From Scyliorhinus canicula (Eukaryota): a DNA stretch of 64,000 nucleotides. Position 1 is the stretch's first letter. Every line of letters starts with the position of its first letter. Of the stretch, positions 10,900 to 23,948 are shown piece by piece. The stretch covers positions 86,341,830-86,405,829 of the forward strand of contig NC_052164.1 in assembly GCF_902713615.1 (NCBI RefSeq), in the 5' to 3' direction. The position numbers and the translations under genes were made by a program. The notes under the pieces are model-generated. The model worked only from the letters and a program-made list of their open reading frames with translations, did no database searches and was not told the DNA's origin.

Positions 10900-11810
10900 T
10901 CGATTCCAATGAGGAATGGTCCCATATACGTCGGGTTCCATCACTGCTGTCTCCAACACCCTCCACCATCACAGAGACACTCACCTCAGTTGGGCACTTT
11001 AGTGAAAGAGGCTCCTAGGGCACTATCTGGTGCACACCACACACATGCTATGGTACAACAGGTGGAACTAGGAACCATTCTGTTGGAAGGCGGTTCGACC
11101 TCGGGGACTAGTGGCCATACAGATGGGTTTCGGTCTTCTGGAACGGAAGGTCCCATCGACTGACGAGATGCAGTCACAGAGCCAAGGACTGTATGAGGTG
11201 TTGTCGGCAAGCATCCAGTGCCTGCAGGTGCAGGTGGAGGAGTCAAACCGCCTGCAGAAGCAGGTGGTGGCGCCAGCAATGCATGCCACCCAGGCCAACA
11301 CCGCACGGGTGTCGTCCACGATGGAGGCCTTGGGGGGTGAAGGTTTCGGCCATGGGTCAAGATGACCAAGGCCTAGGGCAATCTGTCCACCCGGACATTG
11401 CAGCGGCGCTCCAGAGCGCAGCCCAGTTACAGCGAGTCATCACTGAGAGCGCCGGCGTCATTGCCCGGGCGCAGGCCAATATGGCACAGACACAGAGGGA
11501 GATGGCCAAGTCCCAGAGGGAGATGGCACAGTCACTGGCTGACCTGGCACAGACCCAGAAGGTGGCGGCACAGTCACTGGGTGATGGGGCGCAGTCCCAG
11601 ACGAGGTGGTCCTCCATGTACACCATGGCCATGAGCATGGAGACTCTAGTAAAGGCGAGAGTGGGCCTTCAGGACTGGCAACGCCATGCTGGATGGGAGC
11701 CTCAGGAGTTAGTTCTGCTTGCACCCCCATCCCATAGAGAAGCCATCGGGCACCCTGAGGGAGGAGGAGATGATGGGGTCCATTCCAGTGATCTGCTGTT
11801 ATTACCACCG
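10900..11810 (+). pseudogene. Harbinger accessory (Myb/SANT-partner) gene C-terminal remnant with coiled-coil repeats
   Basis: Heptad-like AQANMAQTQREMAKSQREMAQSLADLAQTQ, convergent with the transposase remnant immediately downstream, as expected for two-gene Harbinger elements. Confidence 0.5.
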
Positions 11811-11959
11811 CCGGGCCTTCACCCCATGGTAAGGCAGTTAGAAATCATGGAGAGTGTTGCAAGGGAGCGGGTGGCTCAAAGGGGATGTTCATTGGAGGGA
11901 GTGGTCGGTCGGGTGGGGGCAGTGGGGATGTGATGGATGTCTGTGCCGCTGGCCAGGCG

Positions 11960-12430
11960 CCCTAGTCAGTGAACTTGGAGGCGATTAGAGAGTCCCATGT
12001 GCACTTGCCCAGGTGCACAGGTTGTGCGGCCTACTGTGTCTGCCCATGCCCCATGTCCTGCCTATCCTTGCACTCCCCCACATCCTCGTCGTCGGACAAG
12101 TAACGTTCATCCTCCTCCTCCAGCACGTCGCCTCTCTGCCGCATGATGTTGTGGAGTACGCAGCAGGCCACCATGATGTGGGAGAACCTCCCAGCGCTAT
12201 ACAGGGGAGCCCTTCCAGAATGGTCCAGGCACCTGAACCACATCTTCAGGATGCAGAAACACCACTCGATCGCACCCCTGGTCACGGCATGGGCTTCATT
12301 GTAGCGGGTCTCTGCTTCGGCCTGTGACCTCTGGATAGGCGTATCCAGCCATGACTGCAGCAGAAAACCCCTATTGCCCAGGAGCCAAACCCCAGCCGGG
12401 GATGCAACTTGAAGAGGCCGTCAATCGTTG
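11960..12430 (-). pseudogene. PIF/Harbinger DDE transposase C-terminal remnant
   Basis: TRGAIEWCFCILKMWFRCLDHSG..LYS..FSHIMVACCVLHNI matches the HARBI1-like C-terminus. Confidence 0.85.
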
Positions 12431-12539
12431 AGTTTACCAGGATGGTGGAATCAGACATTGGCAATCGGAGCAAACGTTGACAAATGCTGACTAGGCTTGA
12501 ACCTGGTCTCTCCTTCATTCACAGCTTCTGATTCACGAT

Positions 12540-13323
12540 GTGAGGAGTCATTACTGTTCCCTAACCACCATTTCACTTTCTGTACCCATGTGCAGACTGC
12601 TGATTTTGCTTTCCAGGGCCTGGGAGATTTTAGGAGCCAAAAGGTGAAATTGAGCAGAGGAATGCAGTTTTATGTCTGGGCTAATGCATTGTGGTTTGAC
12701 TGTGGAAAGTCCCTGGGGAGTTAATGTGCTTTCATCCTGGAGAGTTAACTTGTTTTGCAGCTTGGGGTGATGATGCCATTGCTGAGCAGAGCCAAGGGAT
12801 GCAGAGAGAAAGCTTTGGAGAGGAGTTGAAGTCTGATCTGTCTGACACTAAGTCCACAAATCTCACATCGCAGGATAGTTTAAAAAATAGTGATAATAAG
12901 CAGAGCAGTCTTGTCTGAGTACAAGGAAGAAGCTGAAACAAGTCATTTGAACCAGGTTTTTTTAAAGACATTTAGCCAGAGTCTGCAGGGGTCTAACAGG
13001 AGCCTAATCTGTTCTGTAAAGCAATACACTTTGCCATGCTGATTTTAAGATGGATTGAGAGCTGTATGTTTCTTTTCTTGTTTAATGGTCATTGAGTAGT
13101 AATGTTTAAGGGGTAATTGTAAGTTCTTTTCAGTTGTGAAGATAAAATGTTAATATTGTATTCATAATAAAATTTTGTTTTAAAAATACCAAATCCCTAT
13201 TTCTTCATGTAATCACTCCTGGATCGAATCATTCTCTCCGGAAAGTTTTACAAATAAACTAAAATACTGGTGTTTCGGTCCAGTATTCTAGCCACTATTG
13301 CGGTCTGGTCTGGGATCGTAATA
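12540..13323 (+). mobile_element. Probable solo-LTR remnant
   Basis: AATAAA near 13165 and terminus GGTCTGGGATCGTAATA. The 5' end and TSD are not resolved. Confidence 0.35.
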
Positions 13324-15807
13324 AATACCATGCCTGTCAGGACTCTGCCATCTTGTTCACATGAACGAAAAGACACGTCCTTACATTTGAGGAGATCGAG
13401 GTGTAAGCCCTTGACATTTTCCATATCGTCAGCTGCAGACGTTGGCATTAAGAACACAGGCAGCAGCCTGACCAAACCTATCTTTGCACTTCTTAGAGAG
13501 TTCCCATCTTGTTGATCTCGGTGCAGATAGAAGTAGATTTCATGTCTGAAGTCCTCAATATAAAACTTCTTGGCTTCCTTTTGGACATGCTACTGAAGCA
13601 GGCAGATGAAATAAATGCATCATAAATATGGCCAACCACAGGGTGCAACATTTCCTCCAGGGTCTGTCTTTTGATCATAAGACCACCATTTTATATTTTT
13701 TCCATCCTCCAGCTGGCCCACGGGGAATCTTTAATCATTAACTCCCTCTTTAATCTGCTGCCATTTTGAGTCTTTAACTCACATTGCATGCTGGGAAATG
13801 CCAAGGACATGCCCCCAATAGCTACCTTTAAATCAGTCTGTCAAGTCAACTTCCTTTTTGCTGCCTCAGGTGAGTAAATGACAGCTGGTGGGAGTGAGAG
13901 CACTCTCCAAGAGGAGAGTGTGAGTGGGGCTGGGCGATAAGGGAAGAGGCATGTGGGACAGTCGCTAAATGGGAAAAAGAGAAACAAAGGAGGCCGCAAA
14001 AGAGCTGGAGCAAGACCGTGAAAAGGGTGGGAAGAGGTAGAGAAGGAGGAGGGATGAGTGAGTGAGTGGGCATGGGAGGGAAGATAGCTGTGTATGTGTG
14101 TGGTGGAGGGAAGAGCAGCTGATTTTATTGTGTGTGCGTAGGCGAGAGGAACTTCACTGAATTTTCTTTCACCATGGAGACTCTACAATGAAGCTTAAAG
14201 GGAAGTTAGATGGACAATATGGTTTCCTGGTCAACGGAGAGAAACTAATGTCTCAACCTACTTGAAGCCTGATAATAAAAAGGGGTAACTTTGAAATGGT
14301 CTGGAAACATTTATATTTTACTACGGATCACAAATAATGTTCTAATTACATGATTTCTTGTCACAATGAATTTTTAGACCTTTTTGTCCTGGCCTCATGT
14401 CTCCTCTCATGTTATTAACCGTACCCTCTAATCATGCCCTGTCATCACACCTGGATGTAAGTGACTTTACTGCTCCTGCCAAAAATTCAACAGCTCACTG
14501 GATCCAACCAAAATGAGCTAAATGTTCTGCTTGTTGTTCAGATTGATGAAAACCTAACCAGCATTGAGTCACAATTTGTCGCACCCAATGAGAATTATCG
14601 GAGAGAGGGGGTAACGTGCCAAGTGAAGTGAAAGGGGTGAGATCACGGCCTATATTTTGAAAATAAGCAGTAGGGGTTTTGACCTCCCATCATACCATGC
14701 AGGAAACTGCACTGAATTTAGGCATATATATTAACTGGATAAAACTAGATAGATTATTGACTAGGCCTACTGGTTGTAAAATAAAGCACATATTATGTTG
14801 TCTGGCAACACTAGACCAGCTTTATATTAACATTGCTTCAAGTGCGTGAGTTAATTTCTTGACTGCTTATTCCAATGCTTGACAATACAAAAACCAAATT
14901 GAAGTTGCGATAAGTATGATGGGAAACTGACCTTTTGTCGAGAAAAGCTTATCTATTCAATGTAAACTGAATTATTTCTGATGCATTCCCTTATATATAT
15001 TATTTTCAGAGTCAAGGAAGGAGCTGATTACAGCCCAGCAAAGTGTTTGTTCTCAGCTGGACTCTGCTACTACTGAACATTATGAAGGTGTGGTCAGTGA
15101 CAGTGAAGAAAGCAAAGGTTAATGGCAGTACAAAACTGGATGGGCTCGCACACAAAAATGGTGAGAGGTCAGGATCCAACAAGCCTAGTTTGGAGGCAAA
15201 CCGTTTTTGTGTGCAATAATAATGGAAAAGCCTAATAACAACCAGGAGGAAAGGGTTCAGTGAACAGTAACGTCGCCATAATCCCATAGGCTGCTTTCCC
15301 CTTTGAGGGGGAGAGCTGAGCGGTGGCGATTTAATCTGAGGGTCACCACACCTCAGGCAAAGTTGAAAAGGTGGGACCTTCATGAATAACCTCAGGCAGT
15401 GCGGGAATTGAACCCACGCTGTTCATAAACCAGCTGACCAGCCAACTGAACTAAACTGAGACCTGTAGCAAGAGACATTGGGGATTAAAACAAGCACATC
15501 ACAGCCAGCCAGTGAAAAGAAAGCAAGTGACTATGAGTCCGAGGCTCAAACGATAGCCCCACCCAATTGAAGTGAAATGATTGAGCCAACGATATGCAGA
15601 GGTTTACCGGCACCACCTTCATTCTTAAGATCACATACTACCCTTCTGCTTCCAGCTGAACCCTCATAGGTTGATTATGGGCAAGGATGGCACAGTGACA
15701 TTCCAACTCCCATGCAACTCTACCCAGCTTCAGACATGCGGACCAGAATGATCAAGTTCTGCCACAGGGGATATTCTACCCAACTACTGACAAATGGTGA
15801 AATGCAA

Positions 15808-16030
15808 GGGCAGCACGGTGGCACAGTGGTTAGCATTGCTGCCTCACGGCACCAAAGTTCCCGGTTCGATCCCGGCCCTGGGTCACTGTCTATGTGGACT
15901 TTGCTTATTCTCCCCGTGTCTGCGTGGGTTTCACCCCCACAACCCAAAAATGTGCAGGGTAGGTGGATTGGCCACGCTAAATTGCCCCTTAATTGGAAAA
16001 AATGAATTGGATACTCTAAATTTATTTTTT
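15808..16030 (+). mobile_element. HE1/V-SINE-type tRNA-derived SINE
   Basis: Head GGGCAGCACGGTGGCACAGTGGTTAGC..GGTTCGATCCC (Pol III A/B boxes) followed by a V-domain-like core. Confidence 0.85.
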
Positions 16031-16033
16031 TAA

Positions 16034-16410
16034 ATGGTGCCCCCACGGTGGCCTGGCCCGCGATCGGGGCCACCCGCTCAGACTCAGGGCCAGTGCCCTG
16101 GCGGCACTCTTTCTCCTTCCACGGCCGCCATGGCGGATGCGGAAGAGAACCCCACATCGCGCATGCGCCGGCAGTGACGTCAGCGGCAGCTGGCGCATGC
16201 ACCGACCGGCGAAAGCCCTTCGGCCAGCCCCGCTGCCGGGCGCGTCGGTTTTTTGCGCCAGTCTTCTGGTGCCAACTGCTCCGGCGTGGGGCTAGCCCCC
16301 AAAGGTGGGGAGAATTCCCCACCTTTGGGGAGGCCCGACCCCTGAGTCGTTGGCGCCACTCCCCTACTCCGGGACCCTCCGTCACGCCGGGTAGGGGAGA
16401 ATGCCGCCCC
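16034..16410. mobile_element. Partial GC-rich Harbinger-type MITE
   Basis: Ends GGAGAATGCCGCCC, a variant of the MITE TIR; internally similar to 18283-18928. Confidence 0.6.
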
Positions 16411-16977
16411 TCAGTTCCAAATGAACCTCTGGGCCACCAAAGACAGGAACAGGTCTGCTGAATAGCACACTAGGTACGGAATTCCGTTCCATGCTGTGCT
16501 GTCCAAATCAATGGATTCCCCCATGGCTTCGTACTGTACAATTCATAGAGAAAATAATGATCTGGTTTTTCAGGTGATTACAACCATTGAGATACCTAAC
16601 TTTGTCAGTCACACACATTTTTGATCATCTGTATTTCACACAGTCAAATGAATTTCTTAACTTTCAGACCCATGACCAGTGGAACCTGTGCCATCAGCAA
16701 ATGTTTCTGTGACTCTTCATCAATTGGTGGCCCTCAATAACGTAGGAAAACCAAACCTTGTGTTGAGGCACCTGTTGCATTCTGCAAGGCTTCAACTGCT
16801 GCAGGAATGAATGGGAAGAAGCCTTTATTCCTAAAACTGCTCAAGCTGTTCAAGTTATTCTCGGTAATCAGGCATATAAAGGCAAGTACATGTATTGAAT
16901 GTAGAGTATTCTCAGGGAAGACGTATAACTTTGTGGTTAAATAAACACACTCTGGGACTTACAACTGAGGTATCAGT

Positions 16978-17381
16978 TGTCATAATATACATCCAGGTAT
17001 ATGATGGTGTGCAGACAGGCAGTGATTGACACACAGGATGACCAGTGAACACACAGAACACAGCAGCCAATCACCAGACAGGACACGGCCACTATAAAGC
17101 CAGAGGGCACTAGTTTTCCCGCTCTCTCGGGAGCCAGCCTCTGAGACAGTCAGAGCTCGTGAGCAGCAACTAGAACAAACACCATGTGGTAATATGATAG
17201 TCTGGTCAGGTTTGCCTCAGGTCTCCAGTCAAGTCAGCATATTGTCAACCCACAGTTAAAGCATGTATTATAGTTAAGTGTTCAATAAAATCGAGTTGCA
17301 TTTCTTCAAGTGTTGGAAGCCTGTCTCTCTCACCACTGCAGTAAACACAGTCCTCGCAGACCCAGCTTACCCAACACATCA
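16978..17381 (+). mobile_element. Solo LTR (404 bp)
   Basis: TG...CA termini, 5-bp TSD TCAGT (16973-16977 and 17382-17386), internal CCAAT, TATAAA and AATAAA. Confidence 0.9.
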
Positions 17382-18139
17382 TCAGTGATATTTTAATCAT
17401 TGCTAGGATTATGATGCATTAATTGGCACCAGGAAGAGCAGGCATGCAATACACGTAAGAGAACCTGTGGAGATAACTTTTTATCTTAAATCATGATAAG
17501 CTGTTGTTATAATTAAATCTTGCATTTTAAGGGCAGGCAGTATTTACATATTTTCCCACAATGACCTTCACCACAAAATCCAGCCAGCCACAGGAGCTTG
17601 ATTTAAATTCTTTCAATCCCATTTGATCCGCTCATTCAAAGATGAACTATAATCCTGCGTGATTTTATGAAGTTAATATGTGTGATTTATTTCCAAAGTT
17701 CACGAGACACCACCACAAAAAGAATTAAGTACCAGTTATGAGCGAGACCGAGCTCAACAGCACCATTAACAGCTGCTTCACAAATGCGAGATGACCCAGG
17801 ACACAGGACAATTAGTGACAATTAACAGGCAATTGATGCGCACTGATTCAAGAATTGATGGGGATGTGGGTTTTAAATGGCTTTTTATGTTTTATTTAAT
17901 GGTTTTATATTTTAATGGTTCATAGCTTTTATGTCTTTTTATGATTTTTAACCTTTTCGCAAGTATGCATAGCGGAAAATGTCTTTGAACAAAATAAAAA
18001 ACAATAAGTGATTTAAGTAATTTTTCCTTGTGTCTTAAATTTGGTTGCTGATCACTTTTGAGGCCAATGATCACGCTTGATGCCTTCAAGCACTTTTGAC
18101 GGCTTGATTGCATTTGATATCAAAGTTATAATAATCCTT

Positions 18140-19092
18140 TTTTACAACGGTCTTTATTGTCACAATAGGCTGACATTAATACTGCAATAAAGTTACTGTG
18201 GAAAGCCCCCAGTCACCACATTCTGGCGCCTGTTCAAGTACACAGAGGGAGAATTCAGAATATCCAATTCACCTAACAGCACGGGCGCGATTCTCCGCAA
18301 TGGCTGACGCCGTTTCACGATGGCATCGGAGGCCGTTCCTCGCCCCCTATTCTCCCCCCCCCCGGGTGGCTAGGAGCGGCGATGCGGGGAACTCGACCGC
18401 CGGGCCTTGACGCTGGCGTCAAGGCAGCGCGCCGATAATGACGCGGTCGGCGGTGCCAAATGACGTCAGCCGCGCATGCGCGGTTGCCGTCTTCCCCTCC
18501 GCTGCCCCGCAAGACGTGGCGGCTTGATCTTGTGGGGTGGCGGAGGGGAAAGAGTGCGCCTCTTAGAGACGCTGGCCCGACGATCGGTGGGCACCGAATG
18601 CGGGGCAGTCCCCTCCCGAGCACGGCCATGGTGCTCGATCCCCTCTCCGCCCCCCACAGGCCCCAAACTTACCTCTTGCACTATGTTCACGCCGGCAGCG
18701 ACCAGGTGTGGTTGCTGCCGGCGTGAACAGGTCGGGAACAGCAGGCCGCTCGGCCCATCCGGGCCGGAGAATCGCGGATCGCCATGAAAAACGGCGACCT
18801 GCGATTCTCTGAGCGCCGTGTCGCAAAATGCGACACGCCATTTTGGGGGGGTGGGAGAATCACGGGGGATGCCAGAGCCGCCCTCCCACGATTCTCCTAC
18901 CCGGCCTGGGGAGCGGAGAATCGCGCCCCACGACTTTCGGGACATGTGGGAGGAAACCGGAGAACCCAGAGGAAACTCATGCAGACATGGGGAGAACGGG
19001 CAGACGCCACACAGATAGTGACCCAAGCAGGAATCGAACCTGGGTCCCTGGAGCTATGAAGCAACAGTGCTACCCACTGTGCTACTGTGCCG
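18140..19092 (-). mobile_element. V-SINE-type SINE interrupted by a MITE
   Basis: SINE sequence CCTAACAGCAC|GACTTTCGGGACATGTGGGAGGAAACC is continuous across the MITE. Confidence 0.75.
18283..18928. mobile_element. Harbinger-type MITE (646 bp)
   Basis: Perfect TIR GGGCGCGATTCTCCGC / GCGGAGAATCGCGCCC and 3-bp TSD CAC. Confidence 0.92.
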
Positions 19093-19479
19093 CTTGATAA
19101 CGAGCACTGCTGATTGATGGAAATCCCAATTCAAATTACACCTTTTAATGTCAAATTTTAATTTGTGAGTGCATCTGAGCACCTTTGAAAACAAACTGAA
19201 ATCAAAATGTTTTGGCAAGGTTCTTGTTCGCAACAACCCAACAATAACAGCCATGTGCAAGCTGTTTGAGGAGGCGCTGCAAACATCAAATGGAAATGGG
19301 GCCATGATCCACGTTCTGAGTGGCCTTGTGCCTCCCAAGAGGAATTCTATATGTTGGAGCAGTGCCAGTCCTGGGCCGGTAAATATGTCTTTACAGGTGT
19401 GAAGAGTGGTGTTTGATTTTTGGCCTGGAAGTAAACCAACACTCCAGGTTGTCTTATTGTTACAATGCAAATGTGTGTA

Positions 19480-19930
19480 CATCTTCAGTTTTGATGGGAG
19501 GTTGGAAAGGTTGGGACTGTTCCCCTTGGAGAGAAAAAGGCTGAGAGGAGATTTAATAGAGATGTTCAAAATCATGAGGTGGCTGGACAGAGTATATAGG
19601 GAGAAACTGTTCCCACTCTTACAAAGGTTAAGAACGAGATCACACAGATTTAAATTGATTATAAAAGACACAAATGTGATGTGAGAATTATTTTTTTTCA
19701 AACAACAAGTAGTTTGGGTTTGGAATGTACTGCCTGGAAGTATGGTGAAGGCGGGTTTAATCGAAGCATCCAAGAGGTCATTAGATAATTATTTGAATAA
19801 AAATAATGGGTAGGGGTATAGGGAAAAGGCAGGGGAATGGCACTGAGTTATAATGCTCATTTGAGGAGCTAGTGTAGAAGTGATAGGATGAATGGCCTCC
19901 TTCTGCACCATAACAATTTTGTGATTCTGT
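19480..19930 (+). mobile_element. CR1 LINE 3' fragment
   Basis: RLERLGLFPLERKRLRGDLIEMFKIM is the CR1 ORF2 C-terminus. Confidence 0.85.
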
Positions 19931-21273
19931 GGCTGCGAGTCTTTGCTCCTATTCTCGTCGGGTGGATTTGGTGGCGAGAATATTTTCTAATGAGTATTTA
20001 GAATACTTTCTAATATTAGAATATTTTCTAATGAACTCTTCTATTTCTGTTTTCTCATTTAGATTGAGTTAGATATGAGGTATAGTGGACAATATGACAC
20101 ATAAGGTATGACCCTCTTACAGCATCCACTTTAGTGTCAGTCAACTCCCCCAGAACCTCCAGGACAAAGATTTCCACCAGAGCCTTACTTGGGGAATTTA
20201 TCAGATTACGTTCCACTGTGTGGGTGGTGAAGGCAAATTCTTGTTTGACGATCTTCTTAAAATAAAAAAAAATCCTTGCCTCCTAACTAAGCCTATTGAG
20301 TGTTGCAGGTGGCATTCTTCCACCTAGTTATTTCCTTGTGCATGGATTGTGCTGTTTGCTGTCTTGGCAAAATGTACTCCTATCCAGAACAGCACCTTGT
20401 GAACAACAAAGGTATTTGATGTGTCTGTGCAATATGTCTTTCTTATTTTAGTTCGCAAGATCCTAATCTTCATATCTTGATTATCACAAAAAAAAGCTAA
20501 GTTAATAGGGAACAAAAGACACATTTTTCTTTATTAAAATGCTGTGTTAATTCCTGAAAAGCTGCCATCACAGAATTGTTGTTTTCCATGTGTTCTTCGT
20601 CAATTGCGGCATACAAAATTGCCTCCCCCTAATGATATCCACCTAAAGTTGTCTTTCTGCAGCTCCTTTTCCAACCTAGATGGTGGGAATAATTATTTCC
20701 AGTGGAAATTAGAGAAATTGCGTGAGGTGTTAGCCACATCTCCCCGATTTTATTTCCATTTGGCAGATAGGTCCCGAATGGCTCTTAATGCAAATTGGCA
20801 TTTGTTTAGGGTGAGAGAAAGCAGCCACTAAAAATGTAGCACAATTAACGCACTAGCCTCTAAGAACCCAATTACTCCACACTACAATCTAAATGGAGTC
20901 CAAGATAGGTAGTAGATCTGAGGAGAATCCAACTAGCGCATTCGGCCCATCGAGTCAGCAGCGACTCTCTGAAAGAGCACCTCACCGCAGCCCGCTCCCC
21001 CGCCCTAACCCCCATAACCCCACCTAACTTTCACATCTTTGAACTCTAAGGGGCAATTTTAGCATGGCCAATCCACCTGGAGTTGTTCGTCCTGTGATTG
21101 AGCTGACAGCATCGGGAGCTCACAAAGTTAACTTAATTGTCTGGTACTATAGAAGAACAGAATTAACGTGGACAATACAGATGAAAGAATCAAAGATTCC
21201 TGAACAAAATATACTTCAAAATATGAATTCTTTGATATAATAAGTAAGCTGCAAGATTAACACACAAAATATT

Positions 21274-21435
21274 TTATGAATGAGCAAATATTTTCATGCC
21301 ACCAAGACCATCAAAGATTAATAGCAGTACTAAAAGGAATATGCCAGTAACCGTCGCTGCCATGTTCAGTTTCTTGGCAGTCAGAGCTGCGTCTTCCGCT
21401 TTCTCCCTGTTTCCTTTACCAAGGGACTTGGTAGC
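21274..21435 (-). CDS. IFITM-like/dispanin (CD225) gene A, coding exon 2
   Basis: Acceptor TATGCTTTCAG| then ATKSLGKGNREKAEDAALTAKKLNMAATVTGIFLLVLLLIFDGLGGMKIFAHS*, phase 0. It contains the TAKxLN motif and a TM helix. Absent from the ORF track. Confidence 0.9.
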   Translation of the reverse strand, partial: ATKSLGKGNREKAEDAALTAKKLNMAATVTGIFLLVLLLIFDGLGGMKIFAHS

Positions 21436-21684
21436 CTGAAAGCATAATTAAATAAAATGTCATGACATAAATAATTGACCTACACAACACACACAATACA
21501 TTGCAATGTCCCTGTTGTCATGCAGTTTAAAGGTAATTTCATATTCATAAGTTAATTGTACAGCATTAATTTGCTAGGGAATTTACATGGTTAATGTATT
21601 TTTTAGCTTGGCTCAATCGTGACATTCTCACTTCAGAATCAGAAGATCATCGTGCTAAACTCTAGACCAGGGCATTTAGAATCA

Positions 21685-22295
21685 GGGCGGCACGGTGGCA
21701 CAGTGGTTAGTACAGCTGCCTCACAGCACCAGCGACCCGGGTTCGACTCCAGCCTTGGGTGAATGTCTGTGTCAAGTATGCAATTTCTCTCCTGTATCTG
21801 TGTGGGTTTCCTCTGGGTGTTCCGTTTTCCTCCTACAGTCAGGTTAGGTAGGGTTACGGTGTTGCAGCAGGGGAGCGGGCCTGGGTAAGGTGCTCTTTTG
21901 GAAGGTTGGTGCAGACTCGATGGGCTGAATAGTCATCTTCTGGATTGTAGGGATTCTGTGGCATGGTGGCACAGAGGTTAGAACTATTGCCTCACAGCGC
22001 CAGGGTACCAGGTTCGATTCTGACCTCAGGACTACTGTCAGCATGAATTTGCATGTTCTCTTTGTGAATGCGTGGGTCTCCTCCAGGTACCCCGGTTTCC
22101 TCCCACAGACCAAAGATGTGCAGGTTAGGTGAATTGGTCATGCTAAATTGCCCAATAGTTAGGTGGGGTTACAGGGATAGGAGTGGGGGTTTGGGCCTAG
22201 GTGAGGTACTCTATCGGAACAAGGGCCGGTGCAGACCCGATGGGCCAAATGGCCTCCTTCTGCACTGTAGGGATTCTATGATTCTGTAGGGATTC
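21685..22295 (+). mobile_element. Two adjacent V-SINE-type SINEs in the gene A intron
   Basis: Two tRNA-like heads (21685 and ~21960), each followed by a V core and an ATGGGCC..CTTCTG..GTAGGGATTCT tail. Confidence 0.8.
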
Positions 22296-22719
22296 TAATA
22301 CAGTATTGAGAGAGTGCTGAAAGATTGGAGGTACCACCTTTGGGTTCAACCTGAAACTAAAGACGTATTTGCCCTCCCAGGAAGGTGCAAAATATCTCAA
22401 AATGATCATCGGGGAGTTTGGCTGCTCTAAACACTTATCCTTTAACCAACTTTACTAAAATGTAGAAATTACTGGGGCAATATTAAGAGAAGAACATGCA
22501 ATGAACACAAATAGGTTTCCTTTTTATCTCTGTTATTTTAACTGATGGTCATTGTACAGGGAAAAATAAAGAAAAAGGAGAGAACTTGAAATCATACCAG
22601 ATTTGTTACAAGTTAACAACATCGCACAACAGTTAAAAAAATTATTTTGTGGGACGTGGGCCTCACTGGCAAGGTTTTTTCCATCACTAATTGTCCTTTA
22701 ACGGAGTGACTTGCATACG

Positions 22720-23012
22720 TAGAACATCCAGTGCAGAAGGAGGCCACTCGGCCCATCGAGTCTGCAACGACCCACTTAAGTCCTCACTTCCACCCTATCC
22801 TGGTAACCCAATAACCCCTCCTAACCTTTTTGGACACTAAGGGGCAATTTAGCTTGGCCAATCCACCTAACCTGCACGTCTTGGACTGTGGGAGGAAACC
22901 GGAGTACCCGGAGGAAACCCACGCAGACACGGGGAGAACGTGCAGACTCCGCACAGACAGTAACCCAGTGGGGAATCGAAGCTGGGGCTCTGGTGCTGTG
23001 AAGCCACAGTGT
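22720..23012 (-). mobile_element. V-SINE-type SINE nested in an older SINE of a second family (~22645-23340)
   Basis: Reverse-complement HE1-like sequence; the flanks match the family at 44965-45418 and 48435-48800. Confidence 0.75.
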
Positions 23013-23347
23013 ACGTGCATGTGCGTGTGCTGCCATGCTGACTTGTTCTGGCATTTCAGAGGGCAGTTAAGATTTAACCACATTGCTGTGGGTCTGGGAT
23101 CACATGTCGACAAGACCAGGAGAGGATGGCAGATTTCCTTCGCTAAAAGGACATTAGAGAACTAGATGGGTTTTTAGAACATTTAATAATAGTTTTATGG
23201 GTCACTATTTCTGAACTAGCTTTCAATTCTAGATTTTGTTGAATAGAATTTTAAAAAATTCCACAGGCTGCATGGTGGGATTTAAACGTGTGTCCCTAGA
23301 GCATTCGCCTGGGGATTACTTGTCTAGTGACATAGATAGTGACATAG

Positions 23348-23692
23348 GCAGCATGGCAGTATTGTGGATAGCACAATTGCTTCACAGCTCCAGGGTCCCA
23401 GGTTCGATTCTGGCTTGGGTCACTGTCGGGGCGGAGTCTGCACATCCTCCCCGTGTGTGCGTGGGTTTCCTCCGGGTGCTCCGGTTTCCTCCCACAGTCC
23501 AAAGATGTGCAGGTTAGGTGGATTGGCCATGATAAATTGCCCTTAGTGTCCAGAATTGCCCTTAGTGTTGGGTGGGGTTACTGGGTTATGGGGATAGGGT
23601 GGAGGTGTTGACCTTGGGTAGGGTGCTCTTTCCAAGAGCCGGTGCAGACTTGATGGGCCGAATGGCCTCCTTCTGCACTGTAAATTCTATGA
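23348..23692 (+). mobile_element. V-SINE-type SINE
   Basis: Complete head, core and tail. Confidence 0.85.
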
Positions 23693-23948
23693 TCTATACC
23701 CCCTCCCCCCATAACCACCTCTAAGGGGTCACCAGAGGAAAATTTGACAGAAAGCCATTGTGGCACAGGAAAATATTAAGCAACAGAATTTTACGGGCAC
23801 ATGTCCGCTGATGTTAACAGTAATTTCTACACTTGTATTTTAGAACATCTGGTGGGCCAGAATTTTTCTCTGCAAGTATATATTTTAGGTTTCAAACATC
23901 TTTCATGAACAGAGTTTCTAGAATGTCTGATAAATTTGTAAAAACAGA

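Larger units (their letters stand above)
14542..17800 (+). pseudogene. Possible decayed multi-exon BEN-domain-like gene, probably transposon-borne
   Basis: AG/GT-bounded segments at 14542-14610, 15010-15087, 16668-16863 and ~17699-17795. Peptides KPNLVLRHLL, STAAGMNGKKPL, PKTAQAV and MSETELNSTINSCFTNAR resemble a BEN domain. Stops and frameshifts are present. Confidence 0.35.

Noticed and set aside
12031-12285. Host HARBI1 or NAIF1/MSANTD gene (also 52165-54600)
   Set aside because: There are multiple disrupted copies within the window; these are transposon relics, not domesticated genes.
15808-15880. tRNA-like A/B boxes here and at many other sites
   Set aside because: These are SINE heads followed by V-domain cores; no complete cloverleaf is present.
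15720-19059. Many overlapping 80-220 aa ORFs (similarly at 50714-51449 and 61339-62173)
   Set aside because: They lie in GC-rich, stop-poor MITE and SINE sequence.
20544-20831. ORF containing CCFP, a possible third CD225 exon
   Set aside because: It is on the opposite strand, with no WSIFN motif, hydrophobic helix or donor site; a chance match.
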